Below, in pieces: positions 63,765 to 64,000 of a stretch of DNA of 64,000 nucleotides; positions within the stretch are counted from its first letter, which is position 1; every line of letters starts with the position of its first letter. The DNA is from Octopus bimaculoides. Taxonomy: Eukaryota. Position numbers and translations under genes: made by a program. The stretch is from contig NC_068986.1 in assembly GCF_001194135.2 (NCBI RefSeq), positions 11,058,013-11,122,012 of the forward strand, read 5' to 3'. A model generated the notes under the pieces. That model was not told the origin of the DNA. It was given only the letters and a program-made list of their open reading frames with translations, and did not search any database.

Positions 63765-64000
63765 ATCATCATCATCATCATCATCATCGTTTAACGTCCG
63801 CTTTCCATGCTAGCATGGGTTGGATGATTTGACTGAGGACTGGTGAAACCGGATGGCAACACCAGGCTCCAGTCTGATTTGGCAGAGTTTCTACAGCTGG
63901 ATGCCCTTCCTAACGCCAACCACTCAGAGAGTGTAGTGGGTGCTTTTACGTGTCACCCGCACGAAAATGGCCACGCTCGAAATGGTGTCTTTTATGTGCC
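63765..64000 (-). mobile_element. Young RTE-tail element, truncated by the window end
   Basis: I count 7 mismatches to the 58699 copy over ~212 bp. Confidence 0.9.

Overview
AT-rich eukaryotic draft-assembly DNA with four N gaps. The repeat content (tRNA-headed SINEs, RTE-clade LINE 3' ends with (ATG)n tails, many MITEs, long TA/TG/GA/CAT microsatellites) looks like an octopus or other coleoid cephalopod; this is inferred from repeat families, not from a search. There is one complete protein-coding gene, a minus-strand HMGB-family gene (46003-46677) with an uninterrupted CDS, two HMG boxes and an acidic tail. It lies in a ~12.5 kb zone (about 38.7-51.25 kb) with no recognisable SINE or MITE. 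That zone also holds a probable long 3' UTR, an ETS/NRF1-type promoter and a GC-rich ~1 kb segment ending in a plus-strand GTAAGT donor, probably the first exon of a divergent gene or lncRNA. A probable orphan first coding exon at 23566-23629 (minus; MAARGKKKIVSATVDHFCSIT-G, UBXN7-like) has no partner exons visible in the window. The rest is transposon debris: two decayed RTE LINE bodies, a mariner transposase remnant split by a 416-bp foldback, hAT-, piggyBac- and mariner-type MITEs (several with readable TSDs and nested in SINEs), and a ~1 kb tandem duplication whose copies differ by a young retroelement insertion. There are no rRNA, true tRNA, CRISPR or prokaryotic features. I did not find a clearly new biological system; the best leads are the foldback, the HMGB locus architecture and the repeat biology. 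The SINE family labels A, B and D are my own working names, and repeat coordinates are approximate (about +/-20 bp unless a TSD is given).
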